Part shown: positions 18,819 to 30,391 of the stretch, in pieces
Position numbering within the stretch: position 1 is the first letter of the stretch
How the letters are laid out: each line of letters begins with the position of its first letter
Assembly (NCBI GenBank): GCA_963827685.1
Contig: CAWHBU010000003.1
Coordinates: 576,001 to 640,000 of the forward strand
From: an uncultured delta proteobacterium
Lineage (GTDB): Bacteria; Desulfobacterota; BSN033; UBA1163
Length of the DNA stretch: 64,000 nucleotides
Direction: 5' to 3'
Notes under the pieces: model-generated
Databases searched by the model: none
The model's input: the letters and a program-made list of their open reading frames with translations, nothing else
What the model was told of the DNA's origin: nothing
Position numbers and translations under genes: made by a program

Positions 18819-19771
18819 CATGATGTAGCGCTGACCTTTTTAACCCGAACTTTTGAGAGATCAATCTCGCCCAGACCTAAATCATAAGCATTCTTAACGA
18901 ACTGGATCTCCTCCGGCTTAAAAGGTTTTCCGGTCTGGGGATGCTTGAAGAACGCAGCGGCATAAGCATCCGCCGCCACAATATCTGCCGAAGCGATCAC
19001 CTCGCCGATGTCCTCTGTTTTTCCAGGCCCCTTTGGACCATTGGTTGTGAGAATCCGGATGGCATCCATCACAACCAGATCCGGTTTTCGAACCGTATTG
19101 ACATCAGCGATACATTGATGGAGTCCGATCTTATGCAATTGCTCCATATCCCATGTGATCCCAATTAAGTTTTTCATTCCAAGGGTCAGTTCGGTAGCAA
19201 AGTGCTGTTTGGGAATGGGGAAATTGACAAAGACATCTGATTCAAGCACATCTCTGAGGATTTCAACCGTCCTAAGCTTCTTGCCTTTCTGAACCTCGAC
19301 CTGTTTATAGGAGTTCCGGCCATGGCCGGAGAAAATGTCAGCCCCTGCCTTCTGGGCAGTCTCTTTTAACCCTGACCTGGAAAAACAAAACTGGTAATTA
19401 TCACAAGTATGATCCCAGATGGCGACTCGCTTCGCGCCCGTGTCATAGCACATCTTGATCAATGCCGAAAGAAGATCTGGGTTATTGGTGCAGGCCTGTT
19501 CGGGTGTCCTTGCCCAGGCGAAGTTCGCTTTGATCACGACTCTCTGGCCCTTCTTCACAAATCGACCCATTCCTCCCAAAGGAGCCATGGCGGCCTGTAG
19601 GAGTTGGGAAGCACTTCCATTTTTGGCAATGACCAGATCGGACTCTTCAGCGGCATGTGCCAGGGATCCGTAAAAAGGAAGCTTATTCGATAAAAGAGGA
19701 AGTGCTGCCGCAGCAGCTGCTCCCTTAAGAAATTGTCTTCGGGTAATCTTTTTACTCAGGGAATGGTCCAT
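18818..19771 (-). CDS. Tat-exported DUF362 family protein
   Basis: TRRQFLK Tat motif, GGMGRFVKKGQRVVIKAN, TLGMKNLIG. Confidence 0.9.
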   Translation of the reverse strand: MDHSLSKKITRRQFLKGAAAAAALPLLSNKLPFYGSLAHAAEESDLVIAKNGSASQLLQAAMAPLGGMGRFVKKGQRVVIKANFAWARTPEQACTNNPDLLSALIKMCYDTGAKRVAIWDHTCDNYQFCFSRSGLKETAQKAGADIFSGHGRNSYKQVEVQKGKKLRTVEILRDVLESDVFVNFPIPKQHFATELTLGMKNLIGITWDMEQLHKIGLHQCIADVNTVRKPDLVVMDAIRILTTNGPKGPGKTEDIGEVIASADIVAADAYAAAFFKHPQTGKPFKPEEIQFVKNAYDLGLGEIDLSKVRVKKVSATS

Positions 19772-19839
19772 ATATCAATTCCTCCTCTTCTATTTCTAGC
19801 TGAGAGCATGAAATAGCTTATGCCGGAAGATTGAAGGGG

Positions 19840-19904
19840 GTCATTGCGAGGAGCGGTAGCGACGTGGCAATCTCAGGAGATTGCTTCGCTTCGCTCGCAA
19901 TGAC
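19840..19904. repeat. palindromic repeat element
   Basis: GTCATTGCGAG-GAGCGGTAGCGACGTGGCAATCTC-AG-GAGATTGCTTCGCTTCG-CTCGCAATGAC. Confidence 0.8.
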
Positions 19905-20057
19905 CATTTCGCCACTCCAAAATCCGCAATTGGGCACCTCAGTCCTCAGCTCTTTTATTTATCCTTTATCCTTTGTCCTTTTTCCTCACTCCGCAATCCG
20001 CATTCCCTGCCTGCGCGAAGCCGCTTCGGCGAAGGCAGGCGAAATCCGCAATATCAT

Positions 20058-21116
20058 TTACGGTGTCAATATCAGCCGTGACGCTCCTTTATCTGTCCCG
20101 AACCAGATACTATTCTTATCCTCGGCTGCACAAAATACCGCATTGCTCAATAATCCATCAGAAACCGTCAACGACTCCCACTGCCTCGTCGGAAGATCAT
20201 AAATACTTACCCCATTATCCCGACAGATGAAAACCTTCTCTTTTGTCACAGCAATGGAACTGATTCCTCCGTTCTTCAATGGATCCGTAGGCTCGATTTT
20301 ATTCCAACGGTCTGACGCAGGATCATACTCAAAGAGGGTCCCTCCAATCCCCCCTGCCCATATTTTCTGTCCGACACTGACTAAAGATTTGATCTCTGTC
20401 TCGGTTAGCCCTTCTTTCTGGGAATAGGCCTTCCAACTCTTTTTGACTTTGTTAAATTGACTGATCCCTCCGTTTGTCCCTGCCCATAGGAAATTGGATT
20501 GGACGAGAAGGGAATTGACAAAATTTCCAGAGAGGCGATCTTCCGTTGAGTAAAATCTCTTCCACCCCTCTGTCTTTTTATCAAGCAGGGAGAGGCCCTT
20601 TTCAGATCCCACCCAAACCCAATCTCCATCTAAAGCCATGGAGTTGATTTTTTTGGCACGGCCGTCGTTCGTATTGAAGCGTTTCCACGAAGGGCTTCTC
20701 TGAGGTTGATAATAGGATATTCCACCCCCTCCAAATCCATAAAAATAGGTGCCGAACCAGATGCGGTCCACATCCGGAAGGATGACAGAAACATGATTAT
20801 AAGGGAGAAGATTTTGCCAATTGATGCTTACCCCCTTGTCCACTTTATCCATCGGCTCGCCCTTGGTCGTATAGGCTCTGCAAGTCTTTTTGGACGGATC
20901 ATAGAGGGTGGCTCCTCCGCCATAGGTTCCGAACCAAACCTCCTCACCTTGAATAGCGATCGCATAAACCATCTCGCTGGAGAGACCCTCTTTGGGGGTG
21001 ACGTGTTGGAAGGACAAGGGCCTTTTGAGCGGGCCGGCTTCGGCATGGACGAAAATCGAAAGAAATAAAATGAGAGATAAAGATAGCTTCATTAAGGAAT
21101 GAAGGATCTTCGTCAT
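20058..21116 (-). CDS. exported beta-propeller protein (two-component regulator propeller repeats)
   Basis: Signal peptide; repeated WFGT/WVGS/WAGT and GLxSNxV motifs. Confidence 0.8.
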   Translation of the reverse strand: MTKILHSLMKLSLSLILFLSIFVHAEAGPLKRPLSFQHVTPKEGLSSEMVYAIAIQGEEVWFGTYGGGATLYDPSKKTCRAYTTKGEPMDKVDKGVSINWQNLLPYNHVSVILPDVDRIWFGTYFYGFGGGGISYYQPQRSPSWKRFNTNDGRAKKINSMALDGDWVWVGSEKGLSLLDKKTEGWKRFYSTEDRLSGNFVNSLLVQSNFLWAGTNGGISQFNKVKKSWKAYSQKEGLTETEIKSLVSVGQKIWAGGIGGTLFEYDPASDRWNKIEPTDPLKNGGISSIAVTKEKVFICRDNGVSIYDLPTRQWESLTVSDGLLSNAVFCAAEDKNSIWFGTDKGASRLILTP

Positions 21117-21446
21117 TTCCTCCTCCTAAAAATTTCCCTAATTATGTCGAATCGAATAGAGTTTTTCAATAGTTCCTGTTATTTCATTCTAAAGGAAACC
21201 GTCAGAGAACGGAAAAAATTTCGTTAACTTACCTTGACAATCTCCTTTTTGATGATTATCTAAAGGGCAGCGTTAAAGGGATGTATTTCGCCTATTAACC
21301 AACCGAACTTACAGAACACCTCTAACCAATTAATTTTAAAGAGTTTTTCTTTTTAAGGAGGTGATGCGATCTATTCATTAATATTGTAATTTTATTTTTA
21401 ATTTTACCGTTTTGAAAACCACTGACCAAGAAAGGAGAAGTCAAAG

Positions 21447-21740
21447 ATGAAGATCAGACCGTTACAGGACAGAGTGATTGTCAAACGACTCGCGGAGGAA
21501 GAGAAGACAAAAGGCGGGATCATCATTCCTGATACTGCAAAAGAGAAACCGCAGGAAGGGAAAGTTATAGCGGTTGGGAAGGGAAAGATGACAGAGGAAG
21601 GTAAGTTGATCCCTCTCGACGTAAAGGTTGGAGACAAAATTCTTTTTGGCAAGTATTCGGGCACAGAGGTCAAGATTGAAGGGGAAGAGCATCTTATCAT
21701 GAGAGAAGAAGATATCTTAGGAGTAATTGAAGGAAAATAA
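21447..21740 (+). CDS. groES: co-chaperonin GroES
   Basis: [10 protein letters not shown]...[18 protein letters not shown]. Confidence 0.98.
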   Translation: MKIRPLQDRVIVKRLAEEEKTKGGIIIPDTAKEKPQEGKVIAVGKGKMTEEGKLIPLDVKVGDKILFGKYSGTEVKIEGEEHLIMREEDILGVIEGK

Positions 21741-21764
21741 CAAATTTCAAAGAAATGGAGGTAA

Positions 21765-23408
<1,644 letters not shown>

Positions 23409-23431
23409 GATTCGATTTATATTGAATTCGA

Positions 23432-23472
23432 GAAAAGGCTTGGGGACTCGGATTTTTCCCAAGCCTTTTTTC
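23432..23472 (+). terminator. intrinsic terminator of groESL
   Basis: GAAAAGGCTTGGG...CCCAAGCCTTTTTT. Confidence 0.75.
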
Positions 23473-23558
23473 ATTTCAATCCTTTCAAAAGCCCCCTCAC
23501 TAAGATGAATATAACTTTTTTAAAGGACTCTTTAACTTTTCAAAACCTTTATTATCTT

Positions 23559-23683
23559 TACGAAAATGCTGCAGAATGCCCCGCCGTGTGGGCGGGGATG
23601 AATGCAGCAAGTCAAATTTCGATAGGCGGGACATTCTTGTCCCGCCAGCATTTTCGCCGAGGCTGGAAAGCCTCGGCGAAATA
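23559..23683. repeat. cluster of IS605-end-like and REP-like hairpins
   Basis: GCTGCAGAATGCCCCGCCGTGTGGGCGGGGATGAATGCAGC; GGCGGGACATTCTTGTCCCGCC; TTTCGCCGAGGCTGGAAAGCCTCGGCGAAA. Confidence 0.6.
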
Positions 23684-23779
23684 ACACTGCCGATATTAGA
23701 TTTTGAAGAAAAAATGTAGTCTTTCCGCTTCTAAAAAAGAGGTAACTATTCAATTCCGTTTTAAAAAACAAATTTTCCC

Positions 23780-24769
23780 TTGCCTTTAACACAAAAGAGC
23801 GATAATATTTTCCCCATTGTGGAAAAAAAGGCATTGCCTATCGATTTTCGGCATTTGGAAACTTTTTGCCGTGTAGCCGGTTTAAAAAGTTTCTCCAAAG
23901 CGGCTGACGATCTGTTCCTCACCCAACCCACGGTGAGCGGTCACATCCTCTCCTTAGAACAATCCTTGTCCCTGCGTCTCTTTGACAGGACGAGCAGGGA
24001 GGCTCGACTCACCAAAGCAGGGGAGGTCTTCCTGGAATATGCCTTAAAAATTTTGTCGCTCCGCAAGGAGTCGTTGAATGCTTTGAGCGAATTCTCACAG
24101 GGGATCAGAGGAGAGCTTTCTCTGGGTGCAAGTACCATTCCGGGAGAATATCTCCTTCCCAAACTCATGGGTGATTTCAAAAAAGAACATCCTCATTTTA
24201 TCATTGCTCTTAAGATTGCTGATACGAAGGAAATTATCCAATATGTCCTTCAAGACAACGTCGAGTTTGGCATCACTGGGGCTAAGTTGAACCATCCATC
24301 TCTCCATTATGAAAAATATGAGGAGGATGAAATTATTGTCGTAGCCCCATCCGACCACCCCCTGGCCCGAAAGAAGAGAGTGAACCTGGAAGAGCTTTTA
24401 AAGGAACCCTGGATTATTCGGGAGGAGGGTTCCGGAACTCAGATAGCGGCCGAAAAGGCATTAAGAAAGAAAGGCAGGAGCCTAAAACAGTTTAATGTGG
24501 TCATGGAGATGGGAAGTACTTCTTCGGTAAAAGAGGGCGTGAAGGCGAAATTAGGCCTCGCCTTCATCTCCGGAAGAGCCACGGAAGAAGAAATCAGACA
24601 GGGCTTCGTCTCCCGAATCGATCTGGAGGGGATCGAACCCATCTTTCGACAAATTTATATCGTTTCTCATCGTGGGAGAACGCTTTCCCCGATAGGCATG
24701 GAATTCCTTCGATTCCTCAAAAGGAAGAAGGAGAGAGAGTCTCTGAAAAACCGCTTTTCGCTCTCTTGA
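23780..24769 (+). CDS. LysR family transcriptional regulator (CysL-like)
   Basis: SFSKAA..LTQPTVS HTH, GASTIPGEY, REEGSGT; true start probably near 23834. Confidence 0.9.
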   Translation: MPLTQKSDNIFPIVEKKALPIDFRHLETFCRVAGLKSFSKAADDLFLTQPTVSGHILSLEQSLSLRLFDRTSREARLTKAGEVFLEYALKILSLRKESLNALSEFSQGIRGELSLGASTIPGEYLLPKLMGDFKKEHPHFIIALKIADTKEIIQYVLQDNVEFGITGAKLNHPSLHYEKYEEDEIIVVAPSDHPLARKKRVNLEELLKEPWIIREEGSGTQIAAEKALRKKGRSLKQFNVVMEMGSTSSVKEGVKAKLGLAFISGRATEEEIRQGFVSRIDLEGIEPIFRQIYIVSHRGRTLSPIGMEFLRFLKRKKERESLKNRFSLS

Positions 24770-24909
24770 TTACGCAGATTCTAAGAAATGATTGCACAGA
24801 TTTCCGGGCTTCTTCAGAAATCTTCTTAAAGAAATGGTTGACTTAGAAACCATAATTGTCTTAATAATAGGGCTGAACGGGAGAATCTAATGACTCCGGA
24901 TTCAATAAG

Positions 24910-26214
24910 ATGAAAAGATATCTCATACTTCTCTTCTTCATAATTCTCATCTTTACTTCCATCGCCGAGGCAAGAGTCTACCTTGATATCAACGCTCCGA
25001 CTTTTGTCCAGATCCCTATCATCCTTGCTAAATGGAAATCTGGGGACAAAACCCCTTCTTCCTTCTCAGACAAGGCTTACGAGATTCTGGCCAATGATCT
25101 TACCCTCTCCGGTTTTTTTAAGGTGATGGATTACAATCATCTTCCCCCTTCCCTCCGAGAAAAAGAAGGGATCCCGAATACGGAATCTCTACAAGAATGG
25201 GTCCCTGCGGGAGGAGAAATCCTCTTGGCCGGAGAAACCCTTTTGGAACCCGATGGTCTCAATTTCAAGTTGAAGTTTCATCTGTTTGATTTAGTGGAAC
25301 AGAGCCACATCGTTGGGAAACAGTATGAAGGTCCTTCACAAACCCTTCGATCCGCTGTCCACAGAATGGCCGATGAAGTCACTCTTCAGATCACAGGCGA
25401 GAAGGGGGTTCATAATACGAAGATTGCCTATACGGTTCGCCAGGGGGAAAACAAGGAAATCTTCATTGCTGATTTCGATGGTGCTAATGTCAAACAGATC
25501 ACTCAAAACCAATCTATCAACGTTTCGCCAGCCTGGGCTCCAGATGGTAAAAAAATCGCTTTCACTTCTTACCTCAGGCGAAATCCGGATCTCTATCTGA
25601 TCGATGTGGACGGGAAAAATCTTCAGCGACTCTCCCGCTACCCAGGGTTGAACGTCTCTCCCTCGTGGTCACCGGATGGGAAAAAGATCGCACTCATGAT
25701 GGGAATGGAAGGAAAGTCGGACATCTTCCTCATCGATACGAATGGGGGCAACCCAAAGAAACTGACGAAGGGGCACGGTAATGAGGCTTCGCCCACGTGG
25801 TCTCCGGATGGTGAGTGGATTGCCTTTATCTCCGACCGATCCGGTTCCCCACAAATCTATATCATGGCACACGATGGGTCCAATGTGCGTCGTCTGACTT
25901 TTGAGGGGAGTTACAATACCAACCCTTCCTGGTCCCCTAAAGGGGACCGGATCGCTTTTTGTGGAAGAGCAGAAGGTCATTATCATATCTTTACTATCGG
26001 AACGGATGGGCTGGGGCTCCGGAGATTGACCTCCAATTCTGGGAATAACGAAAGCCCTTGCTGGTCCCCGGATGGTCGTTACATCGCTTTTAGCTCCAAT
26101 CGGACAGGTGCGTCAAAGATTTTCATTATGAATGCCAACGGATTCAATCAGAGAAGTTTAACGCCATCGAAAGGAGGTGAATCGAGCCCAGCCTGGTCAA
26201 GGCGATTTGAATAA
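24910..26214 (+). CDS. tolB: Tol-Pal beta-propeller protein
   Basis: TolB N-domain plus repeated SPxWSPDG. Confidence 0.95.
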   Translation: MKRYLILLFFIILIFTSIAEARVYLDINAPTFVQIPIILAKWKSGDKTPSSFSDKAYEILANDLTLSGFFKVMDYNHLPPSLREKEGIPNTESLQEWVPAGGEILLAGETLLEPDGLNFKLKFHLFDLVEQSHIVGKQYEGPSQTLRSAVHRMADEVTLQITGEKGVHNTKIAYTVRQGENKEIFIADFDGANVKQITQNQSINVSPAWAPDGKKIAFTSYLRRNPDLYLIDVDGKNLQRLSRYPGLNVSPSWSPDGKKIALMMGMEGKSDIFLIDTNGGNPKKLTKGHGNEASPTWSPDGEWIAFISDRSGSPQIYIMAHDGSNVRRLTFEGSYNTNPSWSPKGDRIAFCGRAEGHYHIFTIGTDGLGLRRLTSNSGNNESPCWSPDGRYIAFSSNRTGASKIFIMNANGFNQRSLTPSKGGESSPAWSRRFE

Positions 26215-26215
26215 A

Positions 26216-26316
26216 CCCCGTTAGAAAAGGCGGCGCTTTGACCCCTGCCCTTTCTGTAAGGGCTCGAAGTTTTATAATATGATTCCCACCATAGAGGACG
26301 GGGATTTCTAACGGGG
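26216..26316. mobile_element. 101-bp MITE-like element
   Basis: Perfect 12-bp terminal inverted repeats CCCCGTTAGAAA / TTTCTAACGGGG. Confidence 0.6.
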
Positions 26317-26356
26317 AAAACATGAATTTCCAAATCATTCATCAAGGGAGGTTACC

Positions 26357-26920
26357 ATGACTAAGAAAAGTCTCATCGTCGCTGTTCTTATCCTCTGCAT
26401 TGGACTCATCATGATGGGTTGCCCGGCAAAAACCGTTGTGAAAGAAGAACCGTCTGTCAAGAAAGAAGAAGCCAAGACTGAAACAGAGCGCGCAAAGGAA
26501 CAGGAAACCAAAGCCAAAGAACAATTTGACAAAAGTCTTGTCGCGAAGGAAACTCCCGGCATTGCAGGGGAGGTTTTCGAAAGCTCTCTGCTTAAGGATA
26601 TTCACTTCGACTTCGATCGATATAATATCCGCCCTGCCGATGCATCCATTCTTAAGGAAAACGCAGCCCTTTTGAATAAATACACGAATGTCAAGATTCA
26701 AATCGAAGGACATTGTGATGAAAGAGGAACCGTAGAATACAACCTTGCACTCGGCGAAAGGCGGGCGACCGGTGCCAAGAATTACCTCGTCTCATTAGGC
26801 ATCGCCCCGGCTCGTATTTCTACGATCAGTTATGGAAAGGAAAAGCCGTTAGATCCTCGTCATAATGAAGAAGCCTGGACAAAAAACCGAAGGGCCCATA
26901 CCCTTGTCACGGCTAAATAA
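26357..26920 (+). CDS. pal: peptidoglycan-associated lipoprotein
   Basis: Lipobox MMGC, IHFDFD, EGHCDERGTVEYNLALGERRA. Confidence 0.96.
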   Translation: MTKKSLIVAVLILCIGLIMMGCPAKTVVKEEPSVKKEEAKTETERAKEQETKAKEQFDKSLVAKETPGIAGEVFESSLLKDIHFDFDRYNIRPADASILKENAALLNKYTNVKIQIEGHCDERGTVEYNLALGERRATGAKNYLVSLGIAPARISTISYGKEKPLDPRHNEEAWTKNRRAHTLVTAK

Positions 26921-27003
26921 TATGCCGGAGCACTCCTCAGGGAGTTTCTTGGCTCCCCGAGGAGAGCTTGCTTCCGGAAAAAATCTTGTGAAAAGGTGAT
27001 GGT

Positions 27004-27861
27004 ATGAAAGGATGGATTATCTTTTTAGCAGGACTGTTGCTTTTTGGATGTGCGAGCACCAGAGATGTGCAAGTTCTTGACCGGGGGCTGGATGTGCTCC
27101 AGTCCCAAATCAATACCCTCCAAAAGGAAAATAAATCCGCCAAGAACGAAATCTCTGATCTGAGAGCGGAAAATCAAAAGCTGAAGGCCGACCTCTCCCT
27201 CCGGCTCGAAAATCTTCAATCCGAAATCCAAACCGTCTCGACAAGTGTCGAGGAATATAAGGAGCTTCTCAAGAGACCTTCAAAAGAGATGGACCGCTTC
27301 AAAGAGGAGATGGAGGGCCGATTGAAAACCATAGAAGAAAAGAGAAAGATGCAGGATGAAAAATTCAAGGAAATAGAGGATCGCCTCAAGGGATTGGATG
27401 GAAGGATAGCCGGGTCGACTTCGAAGCCGGAGTCGGAAAGACTAGCCTCAACCAAAGAGGTCCTCTCCGAGCTAAAGGGGGTTTCCACAGGAATGGGAGA
27501 CCTCTATCGAGACGCTTATGAGACCTTCCATAAGGGAGACATAGAAGGAGCCCGAAGGAAATTCGAAGCTTTTCTCAAACAATATCCCAACACAGAGCTG
27601 TCTGATAACGCGCAGTTTTGGATCGGGGAGACTTACTACCTAAGAAAAGATTATGAGAAGGCGATCTTAGAATATGAGAAGGCGATTGTAAAATATCCGG
27701 AAGGGGACAAAATACCTGCGGCCTTATTCAAACAAGCCCTCGCCTTCTTGGAACTTGGAGATAAGACGAATGCCAAAAATTTACTCAAGCGGGTGATCGA
27801 AAAATATCCCCAATCGGACCAAGCCGGAATAGCCAAGAAGAAACTGGAAACCATAAAATAA
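27004..27861 (+). CDS. cpoB: Tol-Pal protein YbgF/CpoB
   Basis: Lipoprotein, coiled coil, TPR NAQFWIGETYY; follows pal. Confidence 0.92.
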   Translation: MKGWIIFLAGLLLFGCASTRDVQVLDRGLDVLQSQINTLQKENKSAKNEISDLRAENQKLKADLSLRLENLQSEIQTVSTSVEEYKELLKRPSKEMDRFKEEMEGRLKTIEEKRKMQDEKFKEIEDRLKGLDGRIAGSTSKPESERLASTKEVLSELKGVSTGMGDLYRDAYETFHKGDIEGARRKFEAFLKQYPNTELSDNAQFWIGETYYLRKDYEKAILEYEKAIVKYPEGDKIPAALFKQALAFLELGDKTNAKNLLKRVIEKYPQSDQAGIAKKKLETIK

Positions 27862-27898
27862 ACAAGGTCCATCCCCTTTTTAAGGGATGGACCTTGTT
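27861..27898. terminator. hairpin terminator between convergent genes
   Basis: AACAAGGTCCATCCC...GGGATGGACCTTGTT. Confidence 0.75.
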
Positions 27899-27948
27899 AC
27901 CTTTTGGCCATTGCCTCTGGTCTTCCACCTACAGAAATCGACTACCTA

Positions 27949-28260
27949 TTAGACGGCGTAAATGTCCTTTTTGTCGTCAATCTTAAGTTTTATCGGAGTC
28001 AAATCATTCATCTTGTCAAAAATGGAGCTATATTTATATATCGTACCATCATCAACATTAAAAATAGAAAGATGACATTCACACAATAATTTATTAATAT
28101 CTGCATCCCATACAATGGTCCCTCCTTCATGGGGGCACACCTTGCTGTACGCAACCAGCTTGCCTTTCTTGGTTTTTACTAATATACCCTCTTTTCCCTG
28201 ATAATGAAAATTGATAGATTCTCCACGCTTCAAATCTTTAACCCTTCCGATCTTTTCCAT
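27949..28260 (-). CDS. Rieske (2Fe-2S) protein
   Basis: CPHEG ... CECHLS. Confidence 0.85.
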   Translation of the reverse strand: MEKIGRVKDLKRGESINFHYQGKEGILVKTKKGKLVAYSKVCPHEGGTIVWDADINKLLCECHLSIFNVDDGTIYKYSSIFDKMNDLTPIKLKIDDKKDIYAV

Positions 28261-28654
28261 CTCGCATGTCCTTATTTATTATTTCTTAGGTGATCCCTGT
28301 CCGTACGGGTTCTCATACATCGCATCATCTTGCATCATCATGTTTGTATGGAATGATAGACCTAGTTGAATATAGAAAAAACGGGATGGATTGTCAAGAC
28401 AACAAATATCATTAGAAAATGCCACAATTCCTCTTGGATTAATACGGAAGACAACGTTTAGATTTCTCTGGGCAGGGCGTGAAATATCCGATCACTCTTC
28501 GAATATCTTATTACTGATGCCCCACTATTTTCCGTCAACCGTCGAGTTGTTTTAGAACCTACGTCCCGTTTCCTTACCCTCTGGTTATTTTGGCCCGAGC
28601 CAACCCAGCAATCCGAGATACAAAAATGAGGGGCGATCCCACCCTGGATAGGTT

Positions 28655-29467
28655 TTACGCGTCTGGGTTTGTGAGGCTTGGGTCACTTTTCTCTGACGGG
28701 GATTGCCCTCCCTCATCCTTTTTGCTCATGAAATCGAACCTTGCTAACCTGAGCAGTGCCAGCATGAGCAGGTGCGTGTTGTCAAAATTATAATCATGAA
28801 TATTTACAAGTGAGTGGGCTATCTTGTTTCTTAAGTTCAAGCCTGCCTTCTCAATCAGCAGGTACCTGAGGAACAGCAGTTCATCTTCGTCAAACAGCTT
28901 TTTTATATCTTCTTCGTATAAAAGGGCATTGATGTCTTTCTCCCTTACAAGATTCCTGCCCTTGTTGTCCTTTGTAGTATAAAAGGTCGTAATCCCGGAA
29001 AATTCACAAAGGTCCCTAAGTAAGCCTTCTAATTTTAAAATGAGGGAATCGATGGTAAGGATGAAGTTCGGGTGGTTGATTGCAGGATTTAAGAGGAACA
29101 TCCTCATCTGGGAAAAATATTCGTGTAGGGCTGGCGTTAAAAAACCCAGCCACTTGAAAGCAATAGTCTCCCCGTCAGGCATCTTTTTCTCAAAGGTTTT
29201 CCCATACCACGAGTGTTTTTGTAAAAAATCGACCACAATTTCTAGGGACATTTTTTCTTTCCTTAATGCTTCGAGGAAAATCTCATTTATTAACAACATG
29301 CTGCTCAGCTTAATTTGCGAATTATATTCCCAAAGTATCCAGTAGTGCTTTTTCTCATTGTCATCTGAAAAGTGCTGGGCTGTGTGCCCGCTTTGGTCAA
29401 TTATTTCAGTAGAGGCAAGATTTGGAAAAACAAAGTTTTTGATGTTCTCTTCAGCCTTTTTTTCCAT
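28655..29467 (-). CDS. DUF4209-like HEPN domain protein, probably N-terminally truncated
   Basis: LEGLLR...GLNLRNKIAHSL (RxxxxH); ORF begins abruptly inside the upstream gene. Confidence 0.7.
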   Translation of the reverse strand: MEKKAEENIKNFVFPNLASTEIIDQSGHTAQHFSDDNEKKHYWILWEYNSQIKLSSMLLINEIFLEALRKEKMSLEIVVDFLQKHSWYGKTFEKKMPDGETIAFKWLGFLTPALHEYFSQMRMFLLNPAINHPNFILTIDSLILKLEGLLRDLCEFSGITTFYTTKDNKGRNLVREKDINALLYEEDIKKLFDEDELLFLRYLLIEKAGLNLRNKIAHSLVNIHDYNFDNTHLLMLALLRLARFDFMSKKDEGGQSPSEKSDPSLTNPDA

Positions 29468-30366
29468 GTCTTTATACTGAAATAACTTATGAAGCTGTCA
29501 TATTGCTTTTCACGGTTTATCTCCACGAGCAGCCTTCTCGGTACAAATGTATCAAAAATTGAGTACCCTCTTTTCCCGCTAGCCGGCAATAGATAATCTA
29601 CAAGCTTTTCGCAAGGAACATCCATTAAAGATACTCCGCAAGTAGCCCAATAATCCAAAGTTTCAGGAGCTTGGCCACAGTTTACAATCTTTTCACAGCA
29701 CGTCACTAAAGAGCTGAGGGCAAGGACGTATTCTGCCTCAGAATAGGAGAAGTTTAACAGAATTAGGTCCTTGGAACTGAGCATTTCGCAAATATTCAGG
29801 AGTTGTATCCTATTCTGCTCTGACTTCGCCATTTGCTGATAAAGCCCAAACCATGGGTTAGCGGCACCCGGGTTAGGGAAAAGGAAGAAAATGTTTGGCT
29901 TCCTGTAGTCGCTTTGCCTCCAAGAACCCATCATCTGTGATTCCCAATCGTGAATGATGGGTGTTTTCCCTTGAGCAATCAGAGCACTGTGAAGTGACCT
30001 ATCAAAAGTTGCGTCGATGAAGTTAGAAATCGGTAACGATGCTATTCGGTTGTGGATGGGTCTCGGGGCAACGCTGCAAACCCTTTCAAATACAAATGAT
30101 TTTACTTGTTCCCTTCCCGCTGACTTCTCAGCCTTTTCTATTATCTCATTCCACACCTTGAAGTACTCGACATCCCACTTTATTTTCACATTTAGTTTAA
30201 AGGTACGGACAATCTCTTTCCCAAGAGATGGTATAGAACACTTCGAATCCGACAAGGAACTTCCAACAGCCACAGCAATTTGGTTCGATAGGGATTTTCT
30301 TCTAAGGCGCTGGAGGGTGTTGTTTAGGAAAACCTTATTCATAAGAACCCAAATAACAATCCACAA
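29401..30366 (-). CDS. degenerate SIR2-like domain protein ending in a TIR-domain stub
   Basis: AVAVGSSLS, PIHNRIASLP..FIDATFDRSL, LILLNFSYSE follow SIR2_2 motif order; KQYDSFISY is a TIR beta-A start. Confidence 0.6.
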   Translation of the reverse strand: MWIVIWVLMNKVFLNNTLQRLRRKSLSNQIAVAVGSSLSDSKCSIPSLGKEIVRTFKLNVKIKWDVEYFKVWNEIIEKAEKSAGREQVKSFVFERVCSVAPRPIHNRIASLPISNFIDATFDRSLHSALIAQGKTPIIHDWESQMMGSWRQSDYRKPNIFFLFPNPGAANPWFGLYQQMAKSEQNRIQLLNICEMLSSKDLILLNFSYSEAEYVLALSSLVTCCEKIVNCGQAPETLDYWATCGVSLMDVPCEKLVDYLLPASGKRGYSIFDTFVPRRLLVEINREKQYDSFISYFSIKTWKKRLKRTSKTLFFQILPLLK

Positions 30367-30391
30367 GAAATCAAAAGAAAAAGGTTCCGAA

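Noticed and set aside
21230-21446. CIRCE operator or leader peptide upstream of groES
   Set aside because: No TTAGCACTC-N9-GAGTGCTAA seen; the AAGGAGGTG-ATG mini-ORF (MRSIH) has implausibly short SD spacing
28655-30366. Complete Thoeris system
   Set aside because: SIR2 catalytic motifs are degenerate, the TIR is only a stub, and there is no separate ThsB or Macro/SLOG domain
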